Source of the DNA: the human T2T-CHM13v2.0 reference genome, Homo sapiens
Length of the DNA: 64,000 nucleotides
Reading direction: 5' to 3' (one strand)
Assembly: GCF_009914755.1 (NCBI RefSeq)
Contig: NC_060934.1
Part shown: piece by piece, positions 1-11,409 of the stretch
Numbering within the stretch: the first letter of the stretch is position 1
Layout of the letters: the number at the start of each line of letters is the position of its first letter
Notes under the pieces: model-generated
Seen by the model: the letters and a program-made list of their open reading frames with translations, nothing else
The model's database searches: none
Told to the model about the DNA's origin: nothing
Made by a program: the position numbers and the translations under genes

Positions 1-29
1 TGGCAACCCCAGGAAACCTAATCAGTGTC

Positions 30-165
30 CCTGTAACCAAGAGCTCTTTGAGAACAGGGGCTGTGTCTTATTTACCTTATATCAATGTGGCCTAGCACAG
101 TACCTGGCACATGGTAAGTAATGAACGGGATGGATGAGGAAGTGAATCAATGAGTAAGTGAATTA
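30..165 (+). mobile_element. L2 3' end fragment
   Basis: cctagcacagtacctggcacatggtaag followed by a gaat-rich tail, typical L2 terminus. Confidence 0.7.
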
Positions 166-305
166 ATAACACATGGTTTTCAGTTTGTCAAAAACTTTAT
201 CTGTGAGCCTGCTGTGCACAGAATTTTGTACCCTAATACTGTAGTAGCAATTTACATTGGACTCACAGGATTTGGGGGTTAAAGGGAATTTGAATATAAC
301 CCAAT

Positions 306-592
306 CTGGTATTTTTAAAATCACAGGTTGCAACCTATTAGTGGACCATGAGATCAGTTTCATGAGTCCTGACCGTCATTTTATAAATGAAATGAGAATG
401 GAATGAAATGAAGTGGAGTGGAGTGGGATGGAATGAGATGGAACTAGCAGGAAATAATAGAATATTCCAGAATAGAAACTATCAAAGTACATCACATGTA
501 GTAAAGGTGAGTACAGGAAAATTAGGCTTGTACTTGCAGGGCATGAGTGTGTGTCTATTGGGTGTACAGTGTCTTAAGGCCAAAAGCCACTG
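306..592 (+). mobile_element. hAT-Charlie-type MITE (subfamily uncertain), copy 1
   Basis: Charlie-like termini (ends aaagccactg); internal aggttgcaacctattagtggaccatgagatcagttt and gaata-type pentamers; reverse-complement similarity to 1226-1484. Confidence 0.65.
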
Positions 593-1225
593 ATGAATCT
601 AACCATTCATCCAGTGATTTTCACTGCCCTCAGAGGCCACATCAGGGACAAATAATTTTCCTTTTTGATCCCCTCTTGTTACAGGAAATGAATTTCATCC
701 AGAAGCAGCCTGTTTCACTTACAGACTGTCTGGCTGCAGGAATTAGGGCAAATCAGAGATGTTATAGAAAGAAAAAGAAAATGTTTCCTAGATCAAAACA
801 CCCATCTAAGTGCTGGGGCCATAGAGATGAGATCGATTCCATTTTCCACATGACAAACATTCAAAGATTTTAGAATGTCAATTGCGCCCCTGCTGAATGG
901 CTTGGAGAAGAGCAGGAATAGTTCTAGTTATCCTAACAATTGCTCCTAAGATGTTGCTTTGTACCTGCTCGTTATCCATCTTGATTGTGTTTATGTAAGT
1001 TCCAGCCCATTCATGACCCCTGGTGTGTGGCATGAAGACCATCACATTTGAGTCTGGTCTGAAGCTTGTCTGGGTGATGGCTGAGGTGAACCCATGTTAG
1101 CTCCTGGTGCTCACCAACTCTCTTCCTAAAAGCTCTCACATTATCTGTTCAAAAGCCTGCATCCACCTAGCAGGGTAATTTCATCATCCCTGCCCTCTCG
1201 TCTGTGAATAAACAGCTTGAACTAA

Positions 1226-1309
1226 TAGTATTTTTCAAATGTTTTTGACCACAACCCTCAGGAAGAAATGTACTTTACAACATGGTTCAGAAGACACCAC
1301 CACACCCCC

Positions 1310-1344
<35 letters not shown>

Positions 1345-1484
1345 AGCAATGTTTACCTTTACTATATATAATGGGATGTACTATGATGTTTTATTCTATT
1401 CTGCTTCATTTCTTATGATGTTGGTGATGACCCATTAAATAGATTTCACAAGCTACTGATGGACCATGACCCACAGTGACACTG
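1226..1484 (-). mobile_element. hAT-Charlie-type MITE, copy 2 (inverted relative to copy 1)
   Basis: gacccattaaatagatttcacaagctactgatggaccatgacccacag and ttattctattct mirror copy 1. Confidence 0.65.
1311..1342. repeat. (AC)16 microsatellite
   Basis: Direct reading. Confidence 0.97.
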
Positions 1485-2262
1485 AACTAGATAGTACCTA
1501 ATAATCTGAAAAGGCAGGGAAGGGCATCTGGGAAGAATTTCACACCAAGCCCATTTCTTTTCATTATGTTTATTTAGCCATGTGCCTACGTTTGGTTGTG
1601 TGTAAAGGAAGATAATGGCTTAGTGAGCTGCAGCCAGGCTGTTTTGGGGACTCACAAAGGAATGGTCACAGTTTCCTGCCTGTCTCTTATTGCCCCCCAG
1701 GCAAGCTCATTGAGAAAAGACAGTGTGAGTCTCGTACAGAGCATGCTGATAACTATTACAGATACGTGATTATTCTCGGTTCTGTTGATGATAACAACAT
1801 AGCTGCCATCTTGTGTTTGTTTCCTCTTAGGATTAGAAAGCAAAAGCAATCTGAAGATTGAAAGTCAGAAGCAAAGTTAGAATGGTGATTTTTTTCCCCC
1901 AACCCAACTTGGAAGAATTTGTCTTTGGAGAACCAACCTAATCAAATAAAGTAGCATCAATTTACTGGAGACATAATCCAACTTGCATAATTGTCCTGGC
2001 TGGTTTACACCACAGCTGTTCATATGACATGGTTCATTAAATAATAAAGTCTTCATCAGGCTCTCCTGCACTGGGCTGCAATTCTTTTCCCCCACACCAC
2101 CAAAGAAGTGCTGCCTTTATTAGAATGCAGTGCCACCCATTGGCAGTGGGATAATCAGGGGATTTGTTTTTATGTGACATTCTATTAGCCAAACATCATA
2201 AACTGCATCAAGTAAAAGCCACTGCATTTTCCCCAGTGGAGGATCCCATCACCACATAATCA

Positions 2263-2375
2263 TTCTAGACTGTGGGTTCTCTGTGGGCAGGGACCACATC
2301 CCTTCATCTTTATATTCCCAGTGCTAAGCAAAGTACTCAGCATTGGTGGGCGCAAGATAAACATCTATTGAATTA
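2263..2375 (+). mobile_element. L2 3' end fragment
   Basis: ctagactgtg...gggcagggacca...tattcccagtgc...ataaacatctattgaat. Confidence 0.65.
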
Positions 2376-2826
2376 AGAGGAAAATATCTCCAGTGTGGGA
2401 TTCAGAAGAGCAATGCTTAGAAACCTGGAGGCTCCCTGGTTGCAATGAGCATTTAGTGTCTTGAATACTGTGTCCCTTTCCTTTCTGGTTTATTAATTTT
2501 CCACTTGACTGGACCAAATTTTCCAAGTCCACGTGATAGCAGACAGGACTCTCAAAATCCCCTCTGGCCAACAGAAGGTTCAACAACACCAATTTTGCTG
2601 TCTTCAAGCTCAGGAGCCCTGCTGGGCAGCAGGGAACCTGTGCCAATCTCAGTCTTCCTAAAGAATCCCACAGTTAAAAGAGGCCACCTGAAAATGGGCT
2701 GCTGAGAGGTAACGATGACCTTGGAAATGTCCTCAGGTTTGGGAAGTCAGCAATTTGGTTTACAAAGCATGAAAAGGAAGACTCGTTGTAAAATACAGAA
2801 GATTTACCAGCTTAAGTAGTTTAGAC

Positions 2827-2984
2827 CAACTCAAACTTGAGCTTGAGCCTGCACGGGACTCTCCTGGAGGGATTGTTCAAGCACAGAGGGTTGGCTTCAC
2901 CCTCAGAGTTTCTGATTCAGGAATCTGCACCTCTAAGATCCAGGTAACGCTGCTCCTCCAGGCACCCCACTTTGAGAAGCATTG
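2827..2984. mobile_element. MER5A (hAT-Charlie)
   Basis: cagagtttctgattcag, cactttgagaagcattg; flanked by 8-bp TSD gtttagac/gtttagcc. Confidence 0.8.
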
Positions 2985-3064
2985 GTTTAGCCTGCTTATT
3001 ACAAGCAAGGCTCTAGAGCTGGCTATCTATGCTGGAACCCTGAACCCACCACCTCAGCCAATAA

Positions 3065-3390
3065 TTTTAGGCAAGTCATTTAAACTTTCCCATCCCCAAG
3101 ATGCAAGTGTCAAACCAAAGCACCAAGAGGATCTTTCTCACGAGATTGTTATGAAGGTCAAAGGAGGACACCCACTGCTTAGGGGTGTGCTTGGTAGGTA
3201 GAAAGAGCTTAATTAAAGTTAACCACATAAAGGAAAGTAGGGATATGGTCTGGGGGAAAGACTGCTGGTCAGAGAAGCCAGATATGCATTCTAGCTCTAG
3301 CCCTGCGACCCTGACTTGCTGTGTGACCCTGGACAAGTGACTTCTTTCTGGGTCATGCCCTCATTCATAAAATGGGGACACTGGACATTC
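3065..3390 (+). mobile_element. Two MIR fragments
   Basis: ggcaagtcatttaa and gctgtgtgaccctggacaagtgactt...cataaaatgggga core motifs. Confidence 0.6.
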
Positions 3391-4409
3391 TATAATGGAC
3401 TGAAGGTGCCTTGGCGCTAGAAGCTTCCAAAGCTCCTTGCTCCTGACTCTATCACACAGCGTCACGTACCTGTAGTGCCTTCCCAATCACCCCCTACCAC
3501 TTAGACTGCCAACTGCCAGGCCCCAGCAGGATAACTCAAGACTGCCTTGAAGACATTGTCTGGTTCCTTGGCCTTGAAGGGTCTTTCCACTTGGCCACAG
3601 GTGACCACCTGACTCACCGAATGTAGTCTAAGGAACCCACTTCCACCTGGGAAGTGCAACCTGGGATCCTTCTTGCTGAAACCCTATTGCACTCCACCAA
3701 GATTTTGTTCACGTTTCATTTGTAGCCAGCTCCACTCATGCCTCTCATTGATATTCTTTTGTGGTTACATTCCAGACTGGAAGATAAGGGAATTCATTGA
3801 AGTGTTTAGAAGGGACAAGTGTGGTTTCATCGGGAGTGTTATGCTCAGATGAGTATTGGAGGATTAGTTGGGGAGAGAATCCACACTTGCAGAGGGAGAT
3901 GAGGTTCTGAAATTTATTATCATAGCCTGGTTGTGGGGAAGGGAGCCTCAGGAGGAGGGTTGGAAGCCCAAATTCCTAATTGAAGATGCGAAGCCCATTT
4001 TCATCTTATATTTTTATTAGCCCCATAGCAGCCCACTGCACTGGCTTTCTGCTAACAGCCGATGGCAGGGAGAGGATGCTTGTTGGCACAAGGCCGCTGT
4101 ACATTTCATTTTTGTCAGATGCTGGCAAAATTTCCTCATCGGGGAAGATAAATTCGAGGTGATATTAATAAACCTCTGAATGCAGCAATCAGATCTGGCT
4201 GGCACTCTTAATGATTCCACCAGCAGTGAGCCATTTCCAGCCTGAGGAGCTTAGAGATTCACGGTTTTGTTTAAGGCATCCCAAAAACTAGAAATTGTTT
4301 GCTTGACTCCTGGGTTGAGCCCGCATCTTCAACCTGGATACTCCCAGGTGCCCCAAGTGAGGCAGTAGTGATGGAAGAGAGGCATTTACAAAATAAAGTC
4401 TTGGGTAAA

Positions 4410-4800
4410 TGTTACTCACTATTGTTTTGTACCCAGAAAGTGCTAAGTGTCTCATACTATCTCATGTAATTACCATAGGCTCAGTGATGGAGGTACTATT
4501 TTTAGGTGAGGTCACTCCAACTTAGAAAGGTTATCATTAACAATATTGGCATCATCATATTGCAATATTGACTGACACTAAGTGCTTTCTATGTGACTGA
4601 GCTTAGGATTTTACCTGCATTTTCACTTTTCATTTGCACAACAAGCTATCAATTAAGCACTGTGATCGCCAATTTACAGAGTTGAAAATAGAGGCTTAGA
4701 GAGGTTAAACGTGAGGCTCAAGATCAGACTCAAGATGCATAGCCAGTGATGGAATCCATGTGTGTTGGATTCTGAAGCTCATGCCGCCATGGACTGTGCT
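4410..4800 (-). mobile_element. Two MIR fragments
   Basis: tttacagagttgaaaatagaggcttagagaggttaa antisense core. Confidence 0.65.
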
Positions 4801-5349
4801 TGTTACGGCTCACACCACCATGGACTCTACTGTGGAGGCACAACCAGAGGGCCCCATGGGTCTCCACTTGTAGAAGGCGGTTCACCTATCATCCTACCTT
4901 CTAGTATGAAAGCAGCTTGCACTCATAGGCAAGCTTACAGAAGGGTGCAGCCCCAGCTCTTGACATAGAACCAAGCACCTGGTAGGCACCCTTTCAATGT
5001 TTGATAAATAAATGAATTGATGGTCAGTCCCTACTCACGTCCTAGAAGATTTGTGAAAGGACAGTTGAAATTAGTCTCCTATGCTGCTGTCCACCTCTTG
5101 GTATCTTGGTGGACCTATTCACCAAGGGCCAAATGTCCCTAAGCACAGGTGAGAAGAGTTGAGGAAGGTTTTTGTATCCTACTCTGAGAGCAGTTGGAGA
5201 CTTCGTTCCTTGGCTTAGAAGTCAAGATTGGATGCAGAACTAGGCAAGTTGCTTTTCTGAGCAAAGAGAGTGCTGGCCCACCCCACATCCTCCCCTGGCT
5301 GCTGGCCCGCTGCAAGCCTTGGCACACAAGAGAAGGAGGCAGAAGTGCA

Positions 5350-5510
5350 TTTGTTTATTCATTCACCCACAAACATGCCTCAAGCAATTGAGCACCTACT
5401 GAGGCCAGAGTAGTTTTGGGCTCTGCGGAGAACATACATATAAATAAGAAACCATCCTTGACCTTGAGGAATTTATAAGCTAGGAGGAAAAATAACAGGT
5501 ACATTAACTC
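5350..5510 (-). mobile_element. L2 3' end fragment
   Basis: ttattcattcac...ttgagcacctact antisense L2 tail. Confidence 0.65.
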
Positions 5511-5930
5511 AGGTGTCAGCTGTCTCTGGCTTCTCCAGTGCCTAGGCCCATGTATACAGCATCTTGTTTTGCCCTGAATAACTTTCATCCTGAAGGTTAC
5601 ACTTTTTTGAGCTTCTCCCTCTTGTCCCTCATCCCACCCCATCACCACCCCATGCCATTGCTCCAGATACAAGCAAAAAGGAACAACACAGACTGTTGAA
5701 GATTTCACAGGTAAGGCAGAAAAGGAATTTAAATCACATATCTCATGGCAAATGCTCTAACAGATTTTGAGTTTGCCTTAGTTCCTTCCAGGCCAAAGCA
5801 CAACCAAGGATTTCCTTCCCTGACCTTTTCCCACAGAGTTCCTTGAGGTAGAAAGGTGGCTCCAAGAAGCCCAAGTCCTTCACTCGCCCTCCAAAAGCCT
5901 CACCTTTTCACTAGAGCAGTCTTCACCCCT

Positions 5931-6344
5931 TGTAGATGTCATTAAGGATATTCACAAATACTCCTATTACGTCCTCTTTCTGGGCAATTGTAGGATTGCA
6001 CTTTCTAGTTTCCTAAAGTTAAGTGTGGCTGAGTGCTGAGTGGTTTGCTCTAGCCAATGTAACATGAGCCACATGATGCGTGACACTTCTGGATGGAAGC
6101 TCTTAGCCAGAGCAGTTCACCACTGCCTCCTGCCAAGACGGTGCTGGAAGCAAAGACCAAGAGGAAGTTTCCATCAATCTGGTTTGCTGAGTGACTCTGA
6201 TGAACAGCCTCCACCCTCCTACTGGCCTCCTACCTTCATGACTGATATATACTGTATTGAGCAAGAAATAAACCTTTCTTGTGTTATGCCACTGTGGGGG
6301 CTGTCTGTTACTGTAGCAGAGCATGGCCTCACTTGACTGATACT
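5931..6344 (+). mobile_element. MLT1I-like solo LTR (ERVL-MaLR)
   Basis: TG start, taggattgcactt, agccaatg, gagcaagaaataaacctt poly(A) signal, gactgatac end; TSD cccct/gccct. Confidence 0.8.
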
Positions 6345-8301
6345 GCCCTCTTCGAAGCAGAACATTTCTGCTTTGCTCTGACCTACAGTCAGACTTTCAC
6401 ACTAAACCAAGGTGGGCACTCACCAAACAAAAGATTCTCCAGGTAACACAATCTACACTCTGTGGATGGAAAGTTATGGCATCTTTTGATGGTGGAGCAT
6501 TTTCCTTGAGGTCTTACCCCTTACTCCATGAGACTCATCAACATATTTTTTCTAAACAAAATGGTGGAGAAGAATTCTGGGGAAAGAATTCTGGGGAAAG
6601 AGTGTCTGGCACAAAAGAAATATGCTCTGGGAAGTGCATGAAAAAGGTAAGTGTCAAAACAGTGGAGACACAGGAAATAGTAGCATTAATTTGGACATAA
6701 GATGTCTTCAAGAAGAAAGTGAAGTCCCCCAAACTTTCATGCAGGTTTCTCTGCAAGGAAGGAAGGGGCTACTCCCCTAAGAACCTAATTGGAATGTGGC
6801 TCTGGGTGCCAAAGCTGAGGCTGAGACCCTAGGCACACTCAAAGAAGGAAGAGGGAGCTTCTGTGGCTCTCGGTGCTCTGCTTCTCTGGGTCAAACCCTT
6901 CTTGCCACACAGGTGTGGGAGCCTGAGCAGGCCAGTCCACTCCTGCCCTCCTTTCAGCCCACTCCCTGGGCCAGGATGCACACAGGTATGTATTCCCCAA
7001 TTTGAGCCCTGCCTCACTTCTTCCTCGTTGTTACCTGCCAGCACCACCACACTTGAGAACAGCAGACACATTGAACTAAATATGATATGATGTAACTCTA
7101 GCCTAGGAGTTACAGAAAAAAACCCAAGCACATTTCTAAAATATTCGAGAATCCTGTGTTGAATGTTAAAGAAACCAACCACATAGGATCTTTATAACAC
7201 ACCAAGGCAGGCACTCACGGCCTGTCCTGAACAAATCCAAATCTTTTATCCCTGGAACCTACGTCATTGTCCACCTCCAGGAATCTGTGCTGTTGAGCTG
7301 ACGGCTCCTCCACTACAATGTTCTGCTCATTCAAGACTCTGTCCTCAGTGGTTCATCTCCCTCATTCACATCCCCCATCAAAATATGTCTGACTTGTATC
7401 CTATTCTTTCAGGGCCTTTCTAAGAAAATTCCAAATGTACTCTAGCAGCTTAATATTTTGCCTTCCCTAGGCAAGATGTTTATATTTAATCAAACAACTT
7501 CTGGGAATGATGTATGTTTAGTGTAAAGATATGCATTACTCAGAGTGGAAATTTTCAGTATGCAACAGATCATAATGGACAGAAGGCTCTTTGTGGAGTC
7601 TGTGGCTTCACCCTACATGCCATTCTATAATATATACCACATGTGCCAAATAAATCCCCTAAATACAGCTCCAAAAATAACATATCAGTATCCATTCTCA
7701 AGTAAGCGACTTCTGCCATACCCAGAGGAGAAAGCATCAGATTAGGTAACTCTGCTTAGTGGTAACATTCTCTAAAGATGAAAGCACTTTTCCCACTGAC
7801 AGAAGCATGGCTCCAAGAAGCCCAAGTCCTGAGGATATTGTCAGTAAAACCACACACACACAGGTCACAGCTTGTTATTAATCAATTAATTCTCAGCTTG
7901 CTTTGTCCCAAGTCATCCAGCAGACAGAACAAGAAGAGATTTACAAGCTGTGTGCATTTAAATTAATATTTTTAAATGGCATGAGTGTGCAATTAATACT
8001 TTCGAAGAACATGTCCACACCAGATCAGGCAGTGTCGGTTTTTTTTTCCCCTGTCCATATGAGTCTATTTTTAATTCCTTTCTTGGGGAAAGACAACAGT
8101 CCTAGATTTGTTTTGTTTTGTGTTTTTCTTCTGAGACTCAAAATAACCATGTTCTTTCTGCTTCAGTAAATCATTACTGCAGCTTGAAAGGGTTCCTAGA
8201 AAGTTCTAGTTCCATTCAGTTTTTAGGAGGAAAAGCAACCCAAACACGCCAAGAACTAGAAGCTTTATCCACAAGGGAGTACGCTTCAGGATGATACCAA
8301 C

Positions 8302-8678
8302 TGCATTAATCAGGATAGACAAGGTTATGCTGCAGTAACAACTAAAACCTAAAATTCCAAAGGCATAACACTTAAACATTTACTTCTCACTCAGGAAAAG
8401 TCACTTTGGGTCTGGTGACTCTCCAACACAGCTTCCTTTAAAGAGATGACTCAGGGATTCAAGCTGATTGTATCTTGTGGTCTACAATCTCAATGCATGG
8501 CCTCTGCAATCACCATGAAAGGCCAAGGGAGAGCATGGAGAAGCAGGTAGAGGCATTTTACTGACTTGGACTAGGAGGGACATATATTATTTCTGTGCAC
8601 AATCCACTCAACAACAAGGGGCCTTGGAAGCATGGGAGAGTCCACAAGTATTTGATGGTTATTAAATCTCTCTTTACA
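8302..8678 (-). mobile_element. MLT1J-like solo LTR
   Basis: tgcattaatcaggatag...ggttatgctgcagtaacaa is the antisense MLT1J-group terminus. Confidence 0.75.
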
Positions 8679-9115
8679 CGGGTTATCTCATAGTGATGTT
8701 AAGAGACTTCATGATGTTGTTACTCTACTTAGAAACTCTTGGATTTCAGCCCTTGAAGACCATGCTCCAACTTCATCATCAAATCCTCACCAGAAAAGAC
8801 AAGAGGATACAGAACACTGAGCAACTCACAAGATGTGTGCTGCAGATGTGTTTATCAGAACTCAAAAGTTTCCTCTCTTTTCTCTGTCCTATGACTATTC
8901 CAGGAGTGCCAGACAGAACTAGTTCTTACGCTCTGCGAAGAAAAGAGTGGACTGGAGGTGGGTCACATTGACATTTTGGTAAGAGCCCTACTCCTTAGAA
9001 ACAGAATGAAAGTTGTCAATGAGGGGAAGGGAGTAAGGACTGGCTAAGAGTAGCCATGCTGGGAAGATTTCATTGCAAATTTTCCTCTACCTGGGAGCTG
9101 GCAGATAAACCAGAT

Positions 9116-9266
9116 CATTGTTCCCAAACACTGGAAGGAGGACCGACTGTTAAAAAAAAAATACCCATGCTGGAGCCTAAATACTCTATGCTAGAGCCTG
9201 GCTATTGACATATTAGCAAGCATCCCTGGGCAATCCAATGCACAGTCATATTTTGCAGTCATTGCA
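9116..9266. mobile_element. MER5-family fragment
   Basis: cattgttcccaaac...tgttaaaaa...tacccatgctgg...caagcatccctgggcaatccaatgcacag. Confidence 0.5.
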
Positions 9267-10956
9267 CTAAAGGAATATCCAAGGTCCCCACCAACACTAG
9301 GATTTCACAATTTATGAGCATTTTGAAAGAATTTACCCCTGAGGATTGACTTATTCAGCATTTAAATGGGAACTAAGACCACGTAATTGACTGGGACCAA
9401 ACCAAGATCAGAATTCATAACCTCACAGCTGTTCCTCATGTCAACTCTTTCTATTCTAACACACTGCCATCCTCATTTTAAAAAAGGGAATGTGGCCTTG
9501 ATATTCCCGTAGATTGCTGGATGCATACTTCCCTGTCACCTTCCAGTAGGGACACAGGCATTCTATTAGCTCAGCAGAATACAGGGCTCCCATCCACATC
9601 TGATGGAAGGCAAAGGAGATGAAACTGGTCTCCATGTTGAGGACAGACTGGTACATTAAAGAAGCAATAGGTCCCCTCATTTGTACACCAAGACTCAAGA
9701 GTTGAATCTTTCCTTTAGTGACAAGTGGAAGTCCATGGAAGAATATTTACAGGCATGGAAGAGTGAGTTTGAAGTGGGGGGCAAATTCTAAAGAGTAAAG
9801 CCTTTACCAATGGTAAACTGTGCCCTTTCTATCCATGCCAGCTTGGGAACCCAGTTGAGAGTCTGAAGGAGCAGGACTTAGCTTTGGACCTGTGAGATTT
9901 CCTCTGTCCCCATCCCAACTGTGCTCAGGCCCATCACTTTGCAGGAGCATAATTTTATGGCAAGAGGTTCACCACATACCTATTGAGCTGCAAGAGGAGT
10001 GATATCAATGTGCATATAGTTAGGGAGAGCAAAGAGTGCTAATTTAGTAACTGAAGATAAGTTACATTGTATATGAGATGTATTTATATGCATTTTCTAC
10101 TTCTCTCTCCTGCCTCCTGTATCACTATAAACCCTAGCAGTCAAGTTCCATGTCAGGCCTGTTGGATCTTTTTCCTGCCATAGAGGGAGGGACCTGGGAG
10201 ATGGGGAGGGATTCAGGGATGACAGTGCTCCAGAGTTTGAACTGGGCATAAAGATATAGAACCATCCACTGGCCAAGGCTGTCATAGGTAAATCCTGCCT
10301 GGAGGCAATTTCTAGACAGAACATTCTGTGAGCTTCTAAATGATCCTGAGGTCGGTATGCAGATGCTGACTTACCAGATCTAATTTGGGAAAAAGAAGAG
10401 GGTAAGAAGTTATATCTTCTGTGGGGATTCTGGTGGTAAGGATGGGCACAGAAGCAAAAGAGTGTTTCCTCCTTCTCCAGAACATCTGGTTTCATTGCAA
10501 GCCACTGTGGGCTACTGGAGTAGATGGAGAGCAGACAGCATGGCACCAACTGAACACTGTGCCCACTCTCCAGACCTGTCCATGCAACCCACAGTAGTGG
10601 AGTGGCCACTCCAGGGTCAGGTAGATATGGCTTCCTTCCCAGCTCTGCCAATTCCCAGCTGAAAACATTCTTAAACTTTTCCAGTGTCCTGTAAAATGGG
10701 AAAACCAGACCTGTCCCATTGTATCCTAGTGAGAATTACATGATGTCATGCCATTAAAGTACCCAGTACCAAGCCTGGTACATTATAAACATCCAAGAGC
10801 CTAGGTCTTAGCTTCTTCACCTAGCATGACACCTCTCCCACCCAGCTCACTATACCACTGTGAGATGATAAAAGCACACAAGCCCTGTCAATGCTAAAAT
10901 ATTTATGAAGCTATCTATAGAGAATATTTTTTTAAATTTTCAACCTGAATGTCTGA

Positions 10957-11070
10957 TTTTTTTTCTTCTGTATAGAGACAGGGTATCACTATGCTGCCCA
11001 GACTGGACTCAAACTCCCATAATTCTCCAACCTTAGCCTCCAGAGTAGCTGGGTGCCACCATGCCCAGCT
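10957..11070 (-). mobile_element. FLAM / free Alu monomer
   Basis: tagagacagggtatcactatgctgcccagactggactcaaactcc...gccaccatgcccagc with T tail. Confidence 0.8.
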
Positions 11071-11320
11071 TGTGTAAGAGCTTTTCTGTCACGTTCTCAG
11101 CATTCCTAGATGCATGCATCAGGACTTCAATTCATGCTTCTTCTTGCCTACAAGTGGGTTCTGTTGGTAGCTGGAAAGCCAGGCTATGGTGGAGGCAACA
11201 GAAGGAATACAGGGGTCCCCTTTCCAAACCTCCAAGTTATCTGGGTTGGGATACTACAATTTTAAGAGTATCAAGGAAGGAGCTGGAGAGAGGAACTTCT
11301 GGACACTCAGTATAGCTCTA

Positions 11321-11322
<2 letters not shown>

Positions 11323-11408
<86 letters not shown>
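11323..11408. repeat. Compound microsatellite (CT)25(GT)18
   Basis: Direct reading. Confidence 0.97.

Positions 11409-11409
<1 letters not shown>

Noticed and set aside
388-470. GGAAT pentamers resembling satellite III
   Set aside because: Short, degenerate and embedded in a DNA-transposon remnant; not a satellite array
884-896. CTCF-like CAGCAGGGGCGC
   Set aside because: One G short of the required core spacing
5350-5560. Opposed L2 fragments as a miR-28/151/708-like hairpin (also the 10-bp stem at 50425-50448)
   Set aside because: No extended stem and no match to mature sequences I know
10598-10613. Perfect 16-bp palindrome TGGAGTGGCCACTCCA
   Set aside because: About one such palindrome is expected by chance in 64 kb; no supporting context
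10097-10651. Longest ORF (184 aa, minus strand)
   Set aside because: No recognisable domain, random-like composition, partly overlaps degenerate repeat sequence
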